NCBI GenBank assembly: GCA_051453625.1
Contig: JBOZIK010000001.1
Coordinates: 25,273,867 to 25,337,367 of the forward strand
Direction: 5' to 3'
Origin: Welwitschia mirabilis
Lineage: Eukaryota
Length of the DNA: 63,501 bases
In this document: positions 39,412-53,203 of the stretch, one piece after another
How positions within the stretch are numbered: the stretch's first letter is position 1
How the letters are laid out: every line of letters begins with the position of its first letter
Notes under the pieces: model-generated
Database searches by the model: none
Told to the model about the DNA's origin: nothing
The model's input: the letters and a program-made list of their open reading frames with translations, nothing else
Made by a program: the position numbers and the translations under genes

Positions 39412-40761
39412 TGTTAACATATAAAAATTCATATTACAATCAATCTAATTAACTAATTTATCTTAATAGAAGACATTAATATAACATATTTATTATAAAA
39501 ACATGTTTTCTATTAATTCTTTCTAATAATTTTAGGCTTATTATGTTCTTCATGATGTTTACAGAATGATTATAAAACTTGAAGAAACATTGAAAAATTT
39601 AGTGAACATCTAGGCTAAAATACTATCATCACCACTAAAGTCACTCAGCTTTGCTGATTCTTCTACATAAAACACCTTCATTTTCATATTTCTTATTTGT
39701 GATGCAAATTGGAATTAAATGAAGTTATGGAATTGATGAAATTTCACCTTAAAAGTAACTTGTACATTTAATGATACATGACAACAATGACATTGATATG
39801 TAGTACTAACATATGGCATTGCTGAGTAGGATGATAATGGAGACACATGATAATTATAGAATTTGGTAGAATAAGTAGCATCTAGGAGCTAAGTATTAGC
39901 CATGTCAGAAGGATCTCTACCTAAATGTCTAGATGACAAAATGTCACATCTATTGTTATGTTTTGCGACTACTCATATAACACTACAAGCCAAAAGCTTG
40001 TAACCATCCTTCCCCCCTATCTTTGCCTATAAAAACATCTTGAGATCTTTATTGTAACATTATTTATTTTGGATTAAGAATATAACCTTAGAGCACTAAC
40101 TTATGATGGCCTTCTAAGAACTTATTTAGGGAGTGAGCTTCCTTTTTTAAGGATAGTTCAAGGAGTCCTTCTACTTCATCTCTGATGTAATGTGCCTTTT
40201 TCTATTTCAATACTAAAGAGTTGTTTTCTATTTATTATTAGTCAAAATTCATTTTACACTAGTAATGCTTAAGTAATAACATATTATCAAGTTTTATTTA
40301 GTCAACTAAGTAAATTTGATTAGTTAAGTGGTCTAAGGTATAGTAATTTCATGGATCTCATGCATAAGTTCATACTTTCCATTTTTATTACTAGGATATG
40401 AAAGATTAGTGACTTTTAAATTAACTAACATTCAATATAGTAAATGAAATTACATTACCATCACCTGAGCCATTACACTTGATGGTCTAAAGTTTGTTTT
40501 AAGATAATGCAGCATATGATTGAGTGAGGAATTACTGAAGGATAAATTAGATAAATGCTTAAAGCTTGCTTGCTTGCCTATTTTTTAATGAAGTTTTAAA
40601 CAAAATTTTAAACTTCCCTTTTTCCTTTTCTCTTCTATTTGTAATTTTTATTTAAGTAAGAGTTAGTGTAAACTTCTAAAAAACTACCTTAGTTATCCTT
40701 GTGAAAAAAATAATACTAAGTGAAAACTTAGTTAAATCCTATTCATTGTAAATCATAAATA
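39412..40761 (+). repeat. 3' LTR of F
   Basis: Starts TGTTAACAT after the PPT; homologous to the 5' LTR. Confidence 0.9.
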
Positions 40762-41663
40762 ATTTTTATTTCCTTTTTTTAAATTTTATATTAAAGTAAA
40801 TTAAATTTTGAATTAGTCCACTCCTTGCATCTTAGTATGATCTTGGAGACTACCATGTTAAGCCCACTTCTTACACTCAGTATGATCTTGAAAATTTTCA
40901 TCTAAATTATTTAATAATCTTATTTATTTTTGGTATTACTAAGACTTGGTTAGCAAGAGCATCTTGTACTTTGTGTTATTGGGGTGATTATCTTACTTTC
41001 CATTCTAAGCAAGTTACTCTTGTTCTTTTTTTTGTATGATTGATAAAAGAACTTTACAAGAGAGATTTTCTAAAAAAATAAGATAAACATATTTCCATGA
41101 AATTCTTGCTAAAAGAATTAATATGTTTCATTGGAAGAAGAGCATAATTCTTATTTTCAATCCTATTCTTACTAATGAATATCATTGTTTTAGAAATTCT
41201 TACTCATTTAGATAAGATTTTAATAATAGATTAAGCAAAAAAAATTTAATTTTATAAAAGATTATGAAGAAGAAATGGATTATGAATAAGATTATTTATT
41301 CCCATCCCTTCATGAAGTTATGAAATAAAGTGAATAAGGAGCATAGAAAAAAAATGAGCTATTTAGTTAAAATTTTGATAATTATTAGAAGTCATTACTT
41401 AAGTCTACAATTAACAAAATTCTTAATCCTACTCCACTAAATATTCTACTTTTTAACTTGAGAATGATGAAGAGGATATTGAAATTATTATACAAAGTGA
41501 TACCAACTCTTATTTAAAAGATAATAATGATATTATAAAAAGTTTAGAGGAACTTTTCATTCTTTAGAAGGATAGCCCTAGTAAGAATGATGGATAACTA
41601 GACAAACATATCAAAGATCTATAAAGGAACAATAGCACGATTTATTTAAATGAGATACTAATT

Positions 41664-42923
41664 TATTGAAAAATTTAGTTTTAATAATTTCACTTATCAA
41701 ACATTTTGTGCCATTGTGTAGATAGGTTATTATAAGAAAATTAGACCTTGAAAGATACTAGATCATGATGCATCTTCAAAGGTAATATCTCACAAAATGA
41801 ATCAGATGCTAAAATATAAAATTAATTGTTTAAAGATGTTTAAGAAATTGAAGATGTATTAAGTGAAGATGTTTAGAAAAGTGAGGATATTTCAAATGTA
41901 CTGAGCTGGAATAAGTTCAAGGATACTATTGCAAAATTCATCAGAATAAGGGCAAGTTGACTCAAGATGTTTAGAAAAGTGAAGACATCTGAAATAAAGA
42001 CATCTATAAAATTCAAGATGTTTTGAACTAAAGTTCATGTTAATTAAAATCAAGGATATGCACCTAAAACATAGACGTTAGCTATTCATTACATGGTGGT
42101 TAAAAGATTAGAGGATAATCTTTTGAGATCAAATTACTAAATATATTTCAACCTTATAATATATCAATGTAAAGAATAAAAGGAGGACTTTTGATACTTC
42201 ATTGAAGCATTAGATACATAAATCTTGGAAAGAATAAGTAAAGGAAATCTCTCACAAAGTAATCAGAAGATTCAATAGCAAGAAGCTAGTATTGTTTCAT
42301 TACTTGAATTTGGATCTTTATTGCAAATCATCTTCATCATTCATAATTATGACAACAATAAATACTTCAATAATCTTAAGTCTTCATTAAAGTAAATTTA
42401 GGCTTATTGTTGTATTATGTCATTATGGACTATCTTATTGTTAAATACTATTATAAAGTCCATTTCTTAAAATATCAAATACTTTTTAAGGTAACTCTTA
42501 TAGGGATGTGCATTAATTATTGTGATTTTAGGCACTTGTTGAATGTAAGATTATTGATTAGCTATAAAACCACTATTCCCTTATAGGAAAGAAAGTGTTA
42601 CCTTACAAGAAGGATTTCAATGTTATAAAGGTTCATAGTGCATCTATGAAAACCACTATTCCCTTGAGGAGGGGAGAGTGATACTTTTTAAAAAGACTCT
42701 CACTTATTGGGTTTGTAATATGCCAGAAAACCACTATTTCTTGTAAGTCAAGAATGTTTAAAGGTCTGAGTAGAAGCTACCCTCTATGTATAGACATACT
42801 CAGGTTTGGAAACCACATTATTTAGTAAGATCTTTCATTGTGTATTTTCATTCTGTTATTTGGTTTAAACTTTATTTGGTGAAACTCATTCACCCCTTCC
42901 CTCTAAGTTCAAATTGATCCTAA
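41664..42923 (+). repeat. 5' LTR of B
   Basis: Homologous to 48068-49269; has AGATGTYT/AGACATCT motifs and the end ctcattcaccccttccctctaag. Confidence 0.9.
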
Positions 42924-42975
42924 AGTGGCATCATAGTAGGTACTCATAAAAAGGAGTAACTTGCTTAAGTGAACT

Positions 42976-44660
42976 ATGGAAGGGATGCCATATGTTAGAC
43001 CTTTGCTCTCCAAGGGGAAAAACTATGCCTATTGCAAGATGAGGATGGAGGTGTACTTATAGTCTTTTAATTTTCAGGTATGGAAGAGCATCGAAGAATG
43101 TTAGAAAACCCTATGAAGATCATTACAAATGATATAGATAATACCACTACCCAAACTAAATCAAGAAAATATTGGATAGATGAATAAAAAGGCGCATTCA
43201 TGTATGACTCTAAAGCTCAAATGCTCTTTATTTCGCTTTATCCATAGAAGAGTTAATAGAATAATAGGTTGAAAAATGACATAAGAAATTTAAAATGTTC
43301 TAAATAGAATATATGAAGGTATTTTTATTATGAAATAATCTAAGATTCTAGCTTAGATAAATCAATTTAAAAATTTAAAAATGAACCAAGGAGAGAGAGT
43401 TCATAAGTACTTTTGCAAACATTGTAAATGAAATACATGGCATTAGAGAGGATCTTCCAAAAGCAAAGGTAATACAAAAGGTTATTAGATAACTAACCCC
43501 TAATTATAGGCCTAAGACCATAGTCATGGAAGAATCTAGAGAAATACCATGAAGATTAAAGAATTACAAAGTGCACTTTTAGCATATGAAATAAACCTCA
43601 TATAAGATGGAGCCTTGAAAGAGAAACCCATTGCACTTAAGATAAGTTAAATCACAAATCAAAGATAAAAAAACAGATAGAAGAAGATCATGAAGAATAT
43701 GATTCTAATGATGAAGATAAAGAACTAGACTTCATCATGTAAAGAGTAAAGAACTACTTTCACATAGGTATAATAAAAGAGATGATCTCAGAAGATCATC
43801 CAAATTTCAAGCAAAAGGTAAGAGTAAGGTAAATTATCTAATAATTCTTCTTTGTTAAATATTTCTAAAATAGAATATTGGGTATGTGTGAGAAGAGAAC
43901 ATATTACCTTAGAATGTCCTAGTACTAATAGATTGTAGGAAGATGACCAAAAAAAGAAGAAATCATTTTTTATTAGATGAGCTTTTAGAAAAAGAAGCAT
44001 TAAATAATGAAAAAAATACATCCTTCCTACATGGATATAGCTCACATACAAGATAAAAACAATGATTTAGAAGATGGGTATAATTCAGATATTGAGGATG
44101 ATACAAAAATAACTATTCAGAAAAATATGATTTAGTTTCAAAAGAGTCTACTAATTTCTAAAATTTATGTACAAAGATCAAAGATTTCTTAATATTCATG
44201 AAAAGGTATACACATAGGAAAAGAATACTTACAATAAATTATCCACTAAAAACTAAGCCCTTAAAGCTAAGATTAATAGATTAACATGTGTTTTGGAGAA
44301 TGTATGATAAGAAGTTTTAGATTTTAAGAAAATTGTTGAAAAATTTACATAAGGTAAAGAAACCTCAAATATCATGCTAGGGCAAATCAGAAATTCGAAT
44401 GACAAGAGAGGATTGGAATACAATGAGGAAACAACTACCACTTTAGTCCCTCTATTTAAAAGGTGAAATTAGAAGTCGAGGTATGAGTAATTTCATATAC
44501 AAGAAATATCATTTAATATTATTATCATTGTAAAGATCATTATCATTATAGATGTCTAATAAAATTTGAAGGTAGGTACTATAGTAACAAGGCCAAGAGG
44601 CATAATAGATCATTACATAATTTTATGTAGGCTAAACCAAGGAAAGTTTGAGTACTTAAT
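42976..44660 (+). pseudogene. gag: Degenerate copia gag of B
   Basis: MEGMPYVRPLLSKGKNYAYCKMRMEVYL; MKIKELQSALLAYE; decayed knuckle IEYWVCVRREHITLECP (~43870); DKRGLEYN. Confidence 0.85.
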
Positions 44661-45593
44661 GCTAACTTAGATCTGAAAATAAAGAAGAAACACCCTTGTC
44701 ATACATATAATAGTTACTTAAGACATAACAAGTATGTTGGAACCCAATGCAATCATGATCAAGTTTCCAAGAAGGCTATCAAATCTCAAGGCACTAAAGG
44801 ATACATCAATTTGTATAAGAACTTGGAGATTTAACCTTACCTNNNNNNNNNNATTAGGTAAGTAAATAGGTAAAATCCTTAACATCTAAACTCCCTTTCA
44901 TTTATCTTATAAGTTGAGATTATTATTAGGTGTAGTTATATTATTAAAATTTAAATTATGTCTATGTTTCTCAGCTTCTCGAAGTGGTATTACTATGGTT
45001 ATAATAGCTGTCATTCCTTTTCAAAAAATTTACAAATTTTATTACAGACATATTTAGTTTTATAGACATCTCCGATAAAGACGTCTTGAAATGTTGAGAC
45101 ATCTTGAGATTAGATGTCTTAATTTTTGTAGTCATCTTGCAAGAATAGGTACATCATTTTAATTGTTTAAATTATACGGCTTAGTTTTTTGAAAATGTCT
45201 TAGTAGTAGGAAAAATGTATTATAAATGTTTTAACAATAGATGTCTTAAAATTTGTAGACATCTACTTTTTACATTACATACATCTTAAAATTTGTAGAC
45301 ATATTGAATGTACTATTATGAAACTAAAAAAAGCATAAAAACTAGGATTTTAACCCTTTTTAATAACCCAAGGAATCATTAAATCTCATTTTCAAGTCTC
45401 CTCTCAACATGTATTACTCTTAAGTAATTTTTTAGATTTTGTTTTTCTTAGATTTCTTTAGCTAGATATCTTAGATTTGCGAGATATTTTAACAATAAAT
45501 AAGAATAGAGCTTTTTCTTAAACAAGTGCATATTTTTTCTTAGTTTCTTGTATTTTAGTTAGTCTTTGGTTAGTTTTTGGTTCTATTTTAAAA

Positions 45594-47317
45594 ATTAAAA
45601 AGAAGAAAGGTAGCAAGAAATTTCAGAGGCAAAGAACAAGCCATAGAACAAAGTAGATATTAGAGTAAACCTCAGTTTTATCATGAGGTAGATGAAAGGA
45701 GATTCAGGGAATGGTCAAGAAACTCTATTAGTATAGAAATAAAACTACATTATTAGAAGAGATGTAGATATGAGATCATAAAATACTTTATTTAACTTGA
45801 TTGAGAGATAATTATTCAACTTGTTTAACCTATCCATGATCTAGTGGTGAGATAATTTTATGTAAACATACATAAAATTGATGACAATACTAGTGCTTTT
45901 TAGACATAGATTAAAGTTACTAATTTGCATATTATTTCAAGTTTTATTAATCCTCTTCTTGGTATAGATGATACCAATGTTCCTTAGTTTTACAGTAATT
46001 CATTCAGAGAGATTTTTAGTTCTAGAATTGTTAATATACCTTGGTGTCAAATGAGTAATGTTTTATTTGGGTACAATAAAATGAATTTTGTATAGGACAT
46101 TAAAAGAAAGGATCTAAAACCTCATGTCTATTTTCTTGGTTTATTAATATTTTAAAATATTTTGATTAGAGGAGGTAGTTATAACTATTGTGAACCCATG
46201 AAGACCTTCATTATATATTGCTTACTCATATATTTTCAAATAGATTTGGGTTTTGTATCATGTATGAACATTATTTCTTTATTTCACAAGGGATAGACTT
46301 TTAGCCATTTATGTCTTATTAGCTTAATCATTAGAAGTGTAGATATCTTAGTGCCATAGATTAACCTCATCCATCTAAAAAAACTATTAGTAGAATTCAA
46401 TGAGAAATGAAGAGCAGCAATGACATTAGGTAAGGAAACAAGTAGAAGGACACCATAGATGCAGAGATCATCTTCCATTGCTACTCATAGCTATTTTATC
46501 TTTAAAAAGGGAGTCAAGGCAGTTACCAAGATGGTTAGAAAAATTGAAAGAAATTTTATGAGGTTGAAAAAACATAGATCAATAGCAAATGAAGGAGATG
46601 TACCAGTAGAGAGTTGGAATTGATGAGGACTTTCACATGACTATATTCAGAGGAGGAATCAGAAGAGGAGGAAGCAAGACCATTAGCTCCATTTAGCGTA
46701 GGATATGACTCAAGAATGGGAGCAGATAACAAGTCATCCAAGGAGTCTTCTGGAGATGAGGCACATGCCCAAGGAAAGTACCAGAATCCCATGGAGGTAC
46801 ATGCATAGGAAAAGTCATAGGCTCCAGGTCCTTCTCAGTAAAGGCAAGTACTACAGAAGATTATGCTTAAGAGCTTTGATACTTCTCCTCTTATCTTTCA
46901 TCATCTATGTCATAAGATCCTTATTTATCAACCCACATAGCCATCATCATATAGCTCCATATTTTAGTAACCACCTCTTGTACCTTCTTCACTTTTAGTT
47001 CATCCACTACTACTACCACCTTCACATGCAGAACCCATTTAGGTAGAACCTCTCTCATCTATTTAGCTTCCACCTACCTTCATAGAGAAATCCATTACTA
47101 GCTTCTTCAAGACTTCTGTCACTCCTCAAATGTATCAATGTATGAAGAGATCGGTATTTGAGGGCTTGGAAAGACATCATAGCACTCCTCTAAGAAGAGT
47201 CACATATCACCTCCCACTTTGTTATCTTCATACATTCAACAAACTCCACAACCAGTGATAGTGATATAAAAAGATAAAGGTAAGCAGTACACAAGTGATT
47301 TAAATCTCAGTGATTAG
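45594..47317 (+). pseudogene. env: Degenerate env-like ORF of B with acidic and Pro/Ser-rich tail
   Basis: DLVVR*FYVN (~45838, cf. LVREFYAN of plant retroelement extra ORFs); homologous to 58964-60207; lies between pol remnant and PPTs. Confidence 0.65.
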
Positions 47318-48067
47318 AGATTTATATTGATGTCAAAAAAGGGAAAGAAGTATATGCCAAATCAGTGGTAGATCAATTGGATACTTCAGATTCCATGTTG
47401 AGGAGACCCTGTTTAGATTAAAGCTATTAACTATGAGATCTTGGATTGAATTCAAGAGTGTCATCAGTTGTATTAATGATCCCTCTTTAGCATTATGACA
47501 TACATTCATATTGTTAAACACTTTTTTTAAAGTCATGTTGGTTAATTCATGTATTGTGTTTGACAAGGTTATTATCCTTATCTTATGATTTTGTTGGCAC
47601 ACTTTTTTATATATACTATTTTGATTATTTGGTAATATAAATATTATCACATGATGTTAGTACAATTTCCATTAGTTATGATATAGTGATTGATACAATT
47701 GAACTTCAACTCTAAAAATGGCACATTTCCATGAGTATATAGCAATGAAGATATTTTCAAATGCTTATATGATTTACTTTTTATATACATAGGTGAATGG
47801 AAAATATGTTAATTTATCATTTATTATTATGCATTTTGTAAAATTACTTAAGTGAGTTTTAATATGTCTTATTCTATTTTTTCAAGTAATATGAATATCT
47901 ATGTAGTTTTTTTTCCCTCTCCCTTGATTTTAAGTGGCATATATCATGATTATTATAATGAGTTATCATGTGAATTTCTATAGAATAAAATGTCTAATTT
48001 CAGTTCATTAGTTAAGATTTCACTAATGAGATTTGACAAGTTTTGAACATTATTAAAAGGGGAAGAT

Positions 48068-49269
48068 TGTTGGAAAATTTAGTTTTGATGATTCCACTTG
48101 TCAAACATTTTGTATCATTATGTAGATAGGTTATTATAAGCAAATCAAACCTTAAAAGATGCTAGATCATGATGTATCTTTAAAGGTAATATCTCACAAA
48201 AAGGATTAGATGCTAAAATACAAAATCAATTGTCTAAAGATGTCTAAGAAATTGAAGAGATCTTAAGTAAAGACATCTAAAAAAGTAAATACATCTCAAA
48301 TGTACTGAGATAAAACAAGTTCAAAAATACTATAGTGAAAAATTCATGAAAATATAAGTAAGTTAACTTAAGATGTCTATAGAACTAAATATATCTAGCA
48401 TAAAGACATCTACAAAATTTAAGACATCTTGGACCATAGGATCAAACAACTTCCTTTCAAGCTTAAACAATAAGATGTTTTTCAATGTTATAAAGCCTCG
48501 ATGTAAAGAATCAAAGAAGGACTTTAGGTAGTTCATTGAATTATTAGATATATAGATCATGGAAAACATGATTAAAGGAAACCTCCAATGAAGAAATCAA
48601 AAGATTTAGTAGTAAGAAGCTAGCATTGTTTCATCTCTTGAATTTGAATCTTCATTTCAAATCATCTTCATGATTCATACTTGTTACATCGATAATAACT
48701 TCAAGGATCTTAAGTTTTCATCAAAGCAAATTCAAGATTCTTGTTGTATTGCATTTTTTGGTTATTTTATTATGGACTATATTATTGAATACTATTACAG
48801 AGTCCATTTCTTAAATTATCAAATACCTTATAAGGTAGATATTATAGGGCGTGCATTAATTATTATGATTTTAGGTACTTTTTAAATGTAAGATTATTAG
48901 TTAGCTAGAAAACCATTATTTCCTTCTAGAGGAGAGAGTGCTATCTTGCGAAGAGACTTTCATTGTTGTAAAGGTTTATGGTGCACCTATGAAAACCACT
49001 ATTCCCTTGAGGAGGAGAAAATGTTACCTTGTAGGGAGACTTTCACTTATCATAAGATTGGTGGTATACTAGAAAACCATTATTTGTTATAGGTTAAGAA
49101 TATTTAAAGGTGTGAGTAAAAGCTACACTCTATGTATGGACGTACCCAAGTTGGGGAATCATGTTATTTAGTAAGCACTTCCATTGTGCATTTTCATTTT
49201 ACTATTTGGTTTAAATTTATTTTGGTGGGACTCATTCACCAATTTTCTCTAAGTTCAAATCAATTCTCA
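48068..49269 (+). repeat. 3' LTR of B
   Basis: TGTTGG...CTCA termini, followed by the TSD. Confidence 0.9.
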
Positions 49270-51798
49270 TAATTCATACATGGATTTTTTTGATAATGAA
49301 AATAATCACATGGAATTGTTATATAATACAAATTTTTTGACAATATAGAACCAATGAGATAGTTGGATGAATCCCTTATTACAAACCTATACATTACCTT
49401 TTAAAGTTATTTGATTAGCTATAGCTCCTAGTGCATTTTCCTAAGGGTATCCTAAGGTTTCTTCACCAAATTGTAGCACAACATCATCTTCAAAAATATC
49501 AATCAAGTTTTAACTCAATAAATGAATAAAAATAAGGATGATGATAATGATGGTATAGAAATTTTAGACTATTTCCCTAATATTCACTTACTTTTAGAAT
49601 ATGATGAGTAAGTACCAACTTTAGAAAATTCTAAATACTTCCTAACACATAAACAAATAATGAAATTTCTCTATGTAATATTTTTTCTAATGAATCCAAC
49701 CAATTAAAGTATGATGAGGATAAGATTCAATCAAGAAATCATAATGACAATAATGAAGAGAAAAATAAAGAAGTAGCCATGAAGAACCGATAAAGTATAA
49801 TAAAGGATAGAATTACAATGACAAATAAATCAATCCAAGTTAAAGAGTCTAATCATACTAGCATGGATCTTAAGATAAAATTCTTCATTATACTCTTAAA
49901 TTGATTGTACATCTTAATTCCAATGATATTCACATTTCTTAAAAACATGATTTAGAGTTTCTTGGGATTTTAACTTGGGGAATGCCTTATCTTCTTGATA
50001 TTAATCTAAGCCTTAAGTTAAGTCTTAAATAACTTATTATTCATGTCAATAATTTATTAATTAATTTTATTGAGAATTCTTATGATATTTCTAAAAATGA
50101 TATCTTCTTCTTGAGTAATTCTAATGATGTCTTGAATGACATTCTTATACTTCTTATACCAATTTGATAGGAAAGCATTTTTTAATGACTTATATAAATT
50201 CTTTATCTCTTATTTATCTTTTAAAATTTGTGCTATTATGATGCTATAAAGTTTAATTTCATACTACCAATTGACACTTTTAGAAAATGGTTCTATGTCT
50301 TTCATGTTTAACCAATTGGTTTCAAAATGAGGTGGTACTTATTTCACTAAAAAAATAAAATTTTAATGACTATGGTGGAATAAAGTAACTTTTGAAATAA
50401 GGATCAACATAAAGAAAAGGAATAATACCTTATTGAAGAAATTAATTTTTTGGAATTTGTTCCACCACTTATATTATATAAATATCATTCAAACGGTTTC
50501 TCTTCTTTCATATGTAACAACTTGATTTTGTTTTACTTTTTTATTATTAAATATGTTTAATCATTTCATGCTTTTGTGATTTATGGATGAGGAATTAAAT
50601 TTTATCCAATTAAGAGGTATACAAATACCTATGAACTCTCATTCAAATAAAGGAAAATATGCTTAATTAAATTGTTCATATTATATGATTTATCTCTTCA
50701 TCAACTTCATTATGATGCCATAAACTATTAATGCCTTTACATATATATGAATTGCTTTCCATGGAAATAATTTAAAAAAATAAGAAAGGAAAAATAAAAT
50801 AAAATTTAAAAGAAAAATATGATTCAAAAATATGCTGAAAATAAGTAAATATACTATGGAAGCACTTTTGATAAATCATGCTTAATCTATAATAGGATTA
50901 CTACATCGGGCACAAAGTTGCATGATGGTTATGTTCTATATAATAGGTTCTATCACCTCTAATAAAATCAAGGTCAGTGGTTTAGAAATGAGCACTTCAT
51001 AATGGGAGAAATCCAATTAGAAAGGGGTACATCTTGATGTATTTCATGATTTTCACATTATCAATTATATTATTACTTTTCAACTAGCTTTATATGTTGA
51101 TGCTTAATGATTATGGCTCTGATATGTTAATTTAAATTTATTATATTGTTATCTTCATTTACATTATTCAAATATAACTATGATGTTTCATTAATTTCAA
51201 ATCATATATCTTATTTGGAAATGAGATATCATTGGTAAGTGAAAAACTTTAAGTAAGATGCATTCTATTACAATACGTTCATTTTTATTTGTTGAGTTAG
51301 AAAAATTCAAAGTTATTTAATGCATTTTTTTTATTACTTAATAGGAGCATAATATTGGAGTACTTTTCATTCTTATTTTATTGATAAATATACATCTACC
51401 TCTTTGTGCTATCTTTAAATAGTATGCCCTACTCCTTACTTTATGGTTTGATATGCTCTTTTGACTTTAACTCATGTCTTATACTAGTGGGAGGCTATCG
51501 TTTCAAATCAAAAGTTACTTTATATTTGGAATGAATTTTATTTTCACAATGAGGATGGAATCCTTTAAAATCATAAAAATGAGTTTTTTTATGAACAAAT
51601 AAAATTATGTTTTTATAAAACTCAAAAAAATAATTTTTAAAAATTCAATGTACATGCTAATGACTTATCATTTTTGTTCTAAATGAGATGTACCTAATAT
51701 TTATGTGATTCCAAAATTATATTTCTTACTAATCTGGCTTACCTTTATTATTATCCACTTACTTTATCAGGGACTAATAAAGTCTAGGTGGGGGAATA

Positions 51799-53056
51799 TG
51801 TTGAGTGTGTTTTAGATCTTATTTAATAGGTTTTATAATCAAGTATACCATTTCTTAATATCAAGGATGAAAGGCATGAAATCAAGCATACTTTAAATCA
51901 AATTGGATGCTCATGTGGATGAAGTTACTATAGTAGTCAAATTTACTATATTTGAGGTACTATAGTAACTTACTATATCCTTGTTTACCGCTGTCATTCT
52001 GCTGACATTAGAAGAATAACTATCAATACAAAAACATTAGAATGGAATGATTTTTGATAGTTAAACCTACCACCCACATATGGTCATCCATACAACATAC
52101 CAGATGACAATTAGATTTATTTTAAAATGAAATGATGTGACATGGCAAGGGTTTGATAAGGAGTTATTAGATAGTTGGACTTGTCATCCACTGAGTTATC
52201 TAGATAACACTTGTAAATGAATAATAGTAGAACAAGGAAAAGAATAAGAGAAGTTGTTTCCCAATGTCATATAGATAATACCTCTGAATGATAATCCTCA
52301 TTAGTAGAATTGGATAAGGATGACATGATATAACATGATAAATAGTTAGTGGTAGTTGAAGGTGTCATCCATTATTATCTTTTAGATGATACCCAGATAG
52401 ACCAAAACCCATAAATAACTAAAAAATAATTACTTTGTTATCAAATTAAAAATGGAATTACACCCTTTTAGTTTCTATTTTACAGTAATAATAACTACTA
52501 AGATAAACTATAAATGCCATCTTAAATACTTCATTTCTAATATTTGATGCACTTTTCTTCTTGTAATAATTGGATATTGATTAATAAAGGATTCATCCTA
52601 ATTTAAAAAGGATTGTCTTACTATTAGGCTAAGATTCCTCCACTAAGATGTTATGGCTTATTAAAGGATGTAAGCATACTCTATTCTTTAAGTTATTAAG
52701 AGAGTATGATTCTTGAATTCTCTCTTTTTATTCTTTATTTTTCATGATATAATTATTTAATGATTTGATAATGTTGCTAGCAATATGTTATTATTTCTAA
52801 GGACAAATATGGATGACAATAGATTGGTAAATTAGTTAATCAAATTGCATTCCATTTCTTCTTTGTATCTTTGCACAATTGCATTATTAATATAGTCTAT
52901 TTTAATATATTCAAAAGATATAATAATTCTCTTCTCAAAGTTTATGAAACTAAGTGAAATATCACTAGTAAACTAGGGGCATTTGTTGTTTGAATTATGC
53001 TTTAGAATGTTTTAAGACTAACTTATATGTCATTTAGTAACATCACACAAACAATA
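51799..53056 (+). repeat. 3' LTR of E
   Basis: Follows the PPT; homologous to 31557-32871. Confidence 0.8.
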
Positions 53057-53203
53057 AAATACTAACATACCTAAAGGATTTACAACAAAGGGATATTCAT
53101 GAGGTTAAAATCTTGGAGGTGGAATTGGGGGTAGGGGTATAACACTAATGGGTTTTATTTATTCTTCTTTACTATTTTATACTCTACATTTGAGCATCTT
53201 GTT

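Larger units (their letters stand above)
33132..40761 (+). mobile_element. Athila-like element F, structurally complete, gag + protease only
   Basis: LTR pair 33132-34488 and 39412-40761; PBS tagcatcattgtcaggga 34495-34512; decayed PPT ~39400-39411; candidate TSD GTTTC/ATTTT. Confidence 0.85.
41664..49269 (+). mobile_element. Sirevirus-like element B, structurally complete, gag + env-like ORF, essentially no pol
   Basis: LTR pair 41664-42923 and 48068-49269; perfect TSD TAATT (41659-41663 and 49270-49274); PBS tggcatcatagt 42926-42937 (iMet type); PPT aaaaggggaagat 48055-48067. Confidence 0.92.
31557..53056 (+). mobile_element. Athila-derived non-autonomous LTR element E hosting elements F and B
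   Basis: Homologous LTRs 31557-32871 and 51799-53056; decayed tRNA-Asp PBS 32878-32895; PPT aggtgggggaa ~51786-51796; candidate TSD AAGTA/AAATA. Confidence 0.75.

Noticed and set aside
46284-47650. Antisense ORFs over the env-like region
   Set aside because: Short shadows of the decayed plus-strand ORF and 3' region, with no independent motifs.
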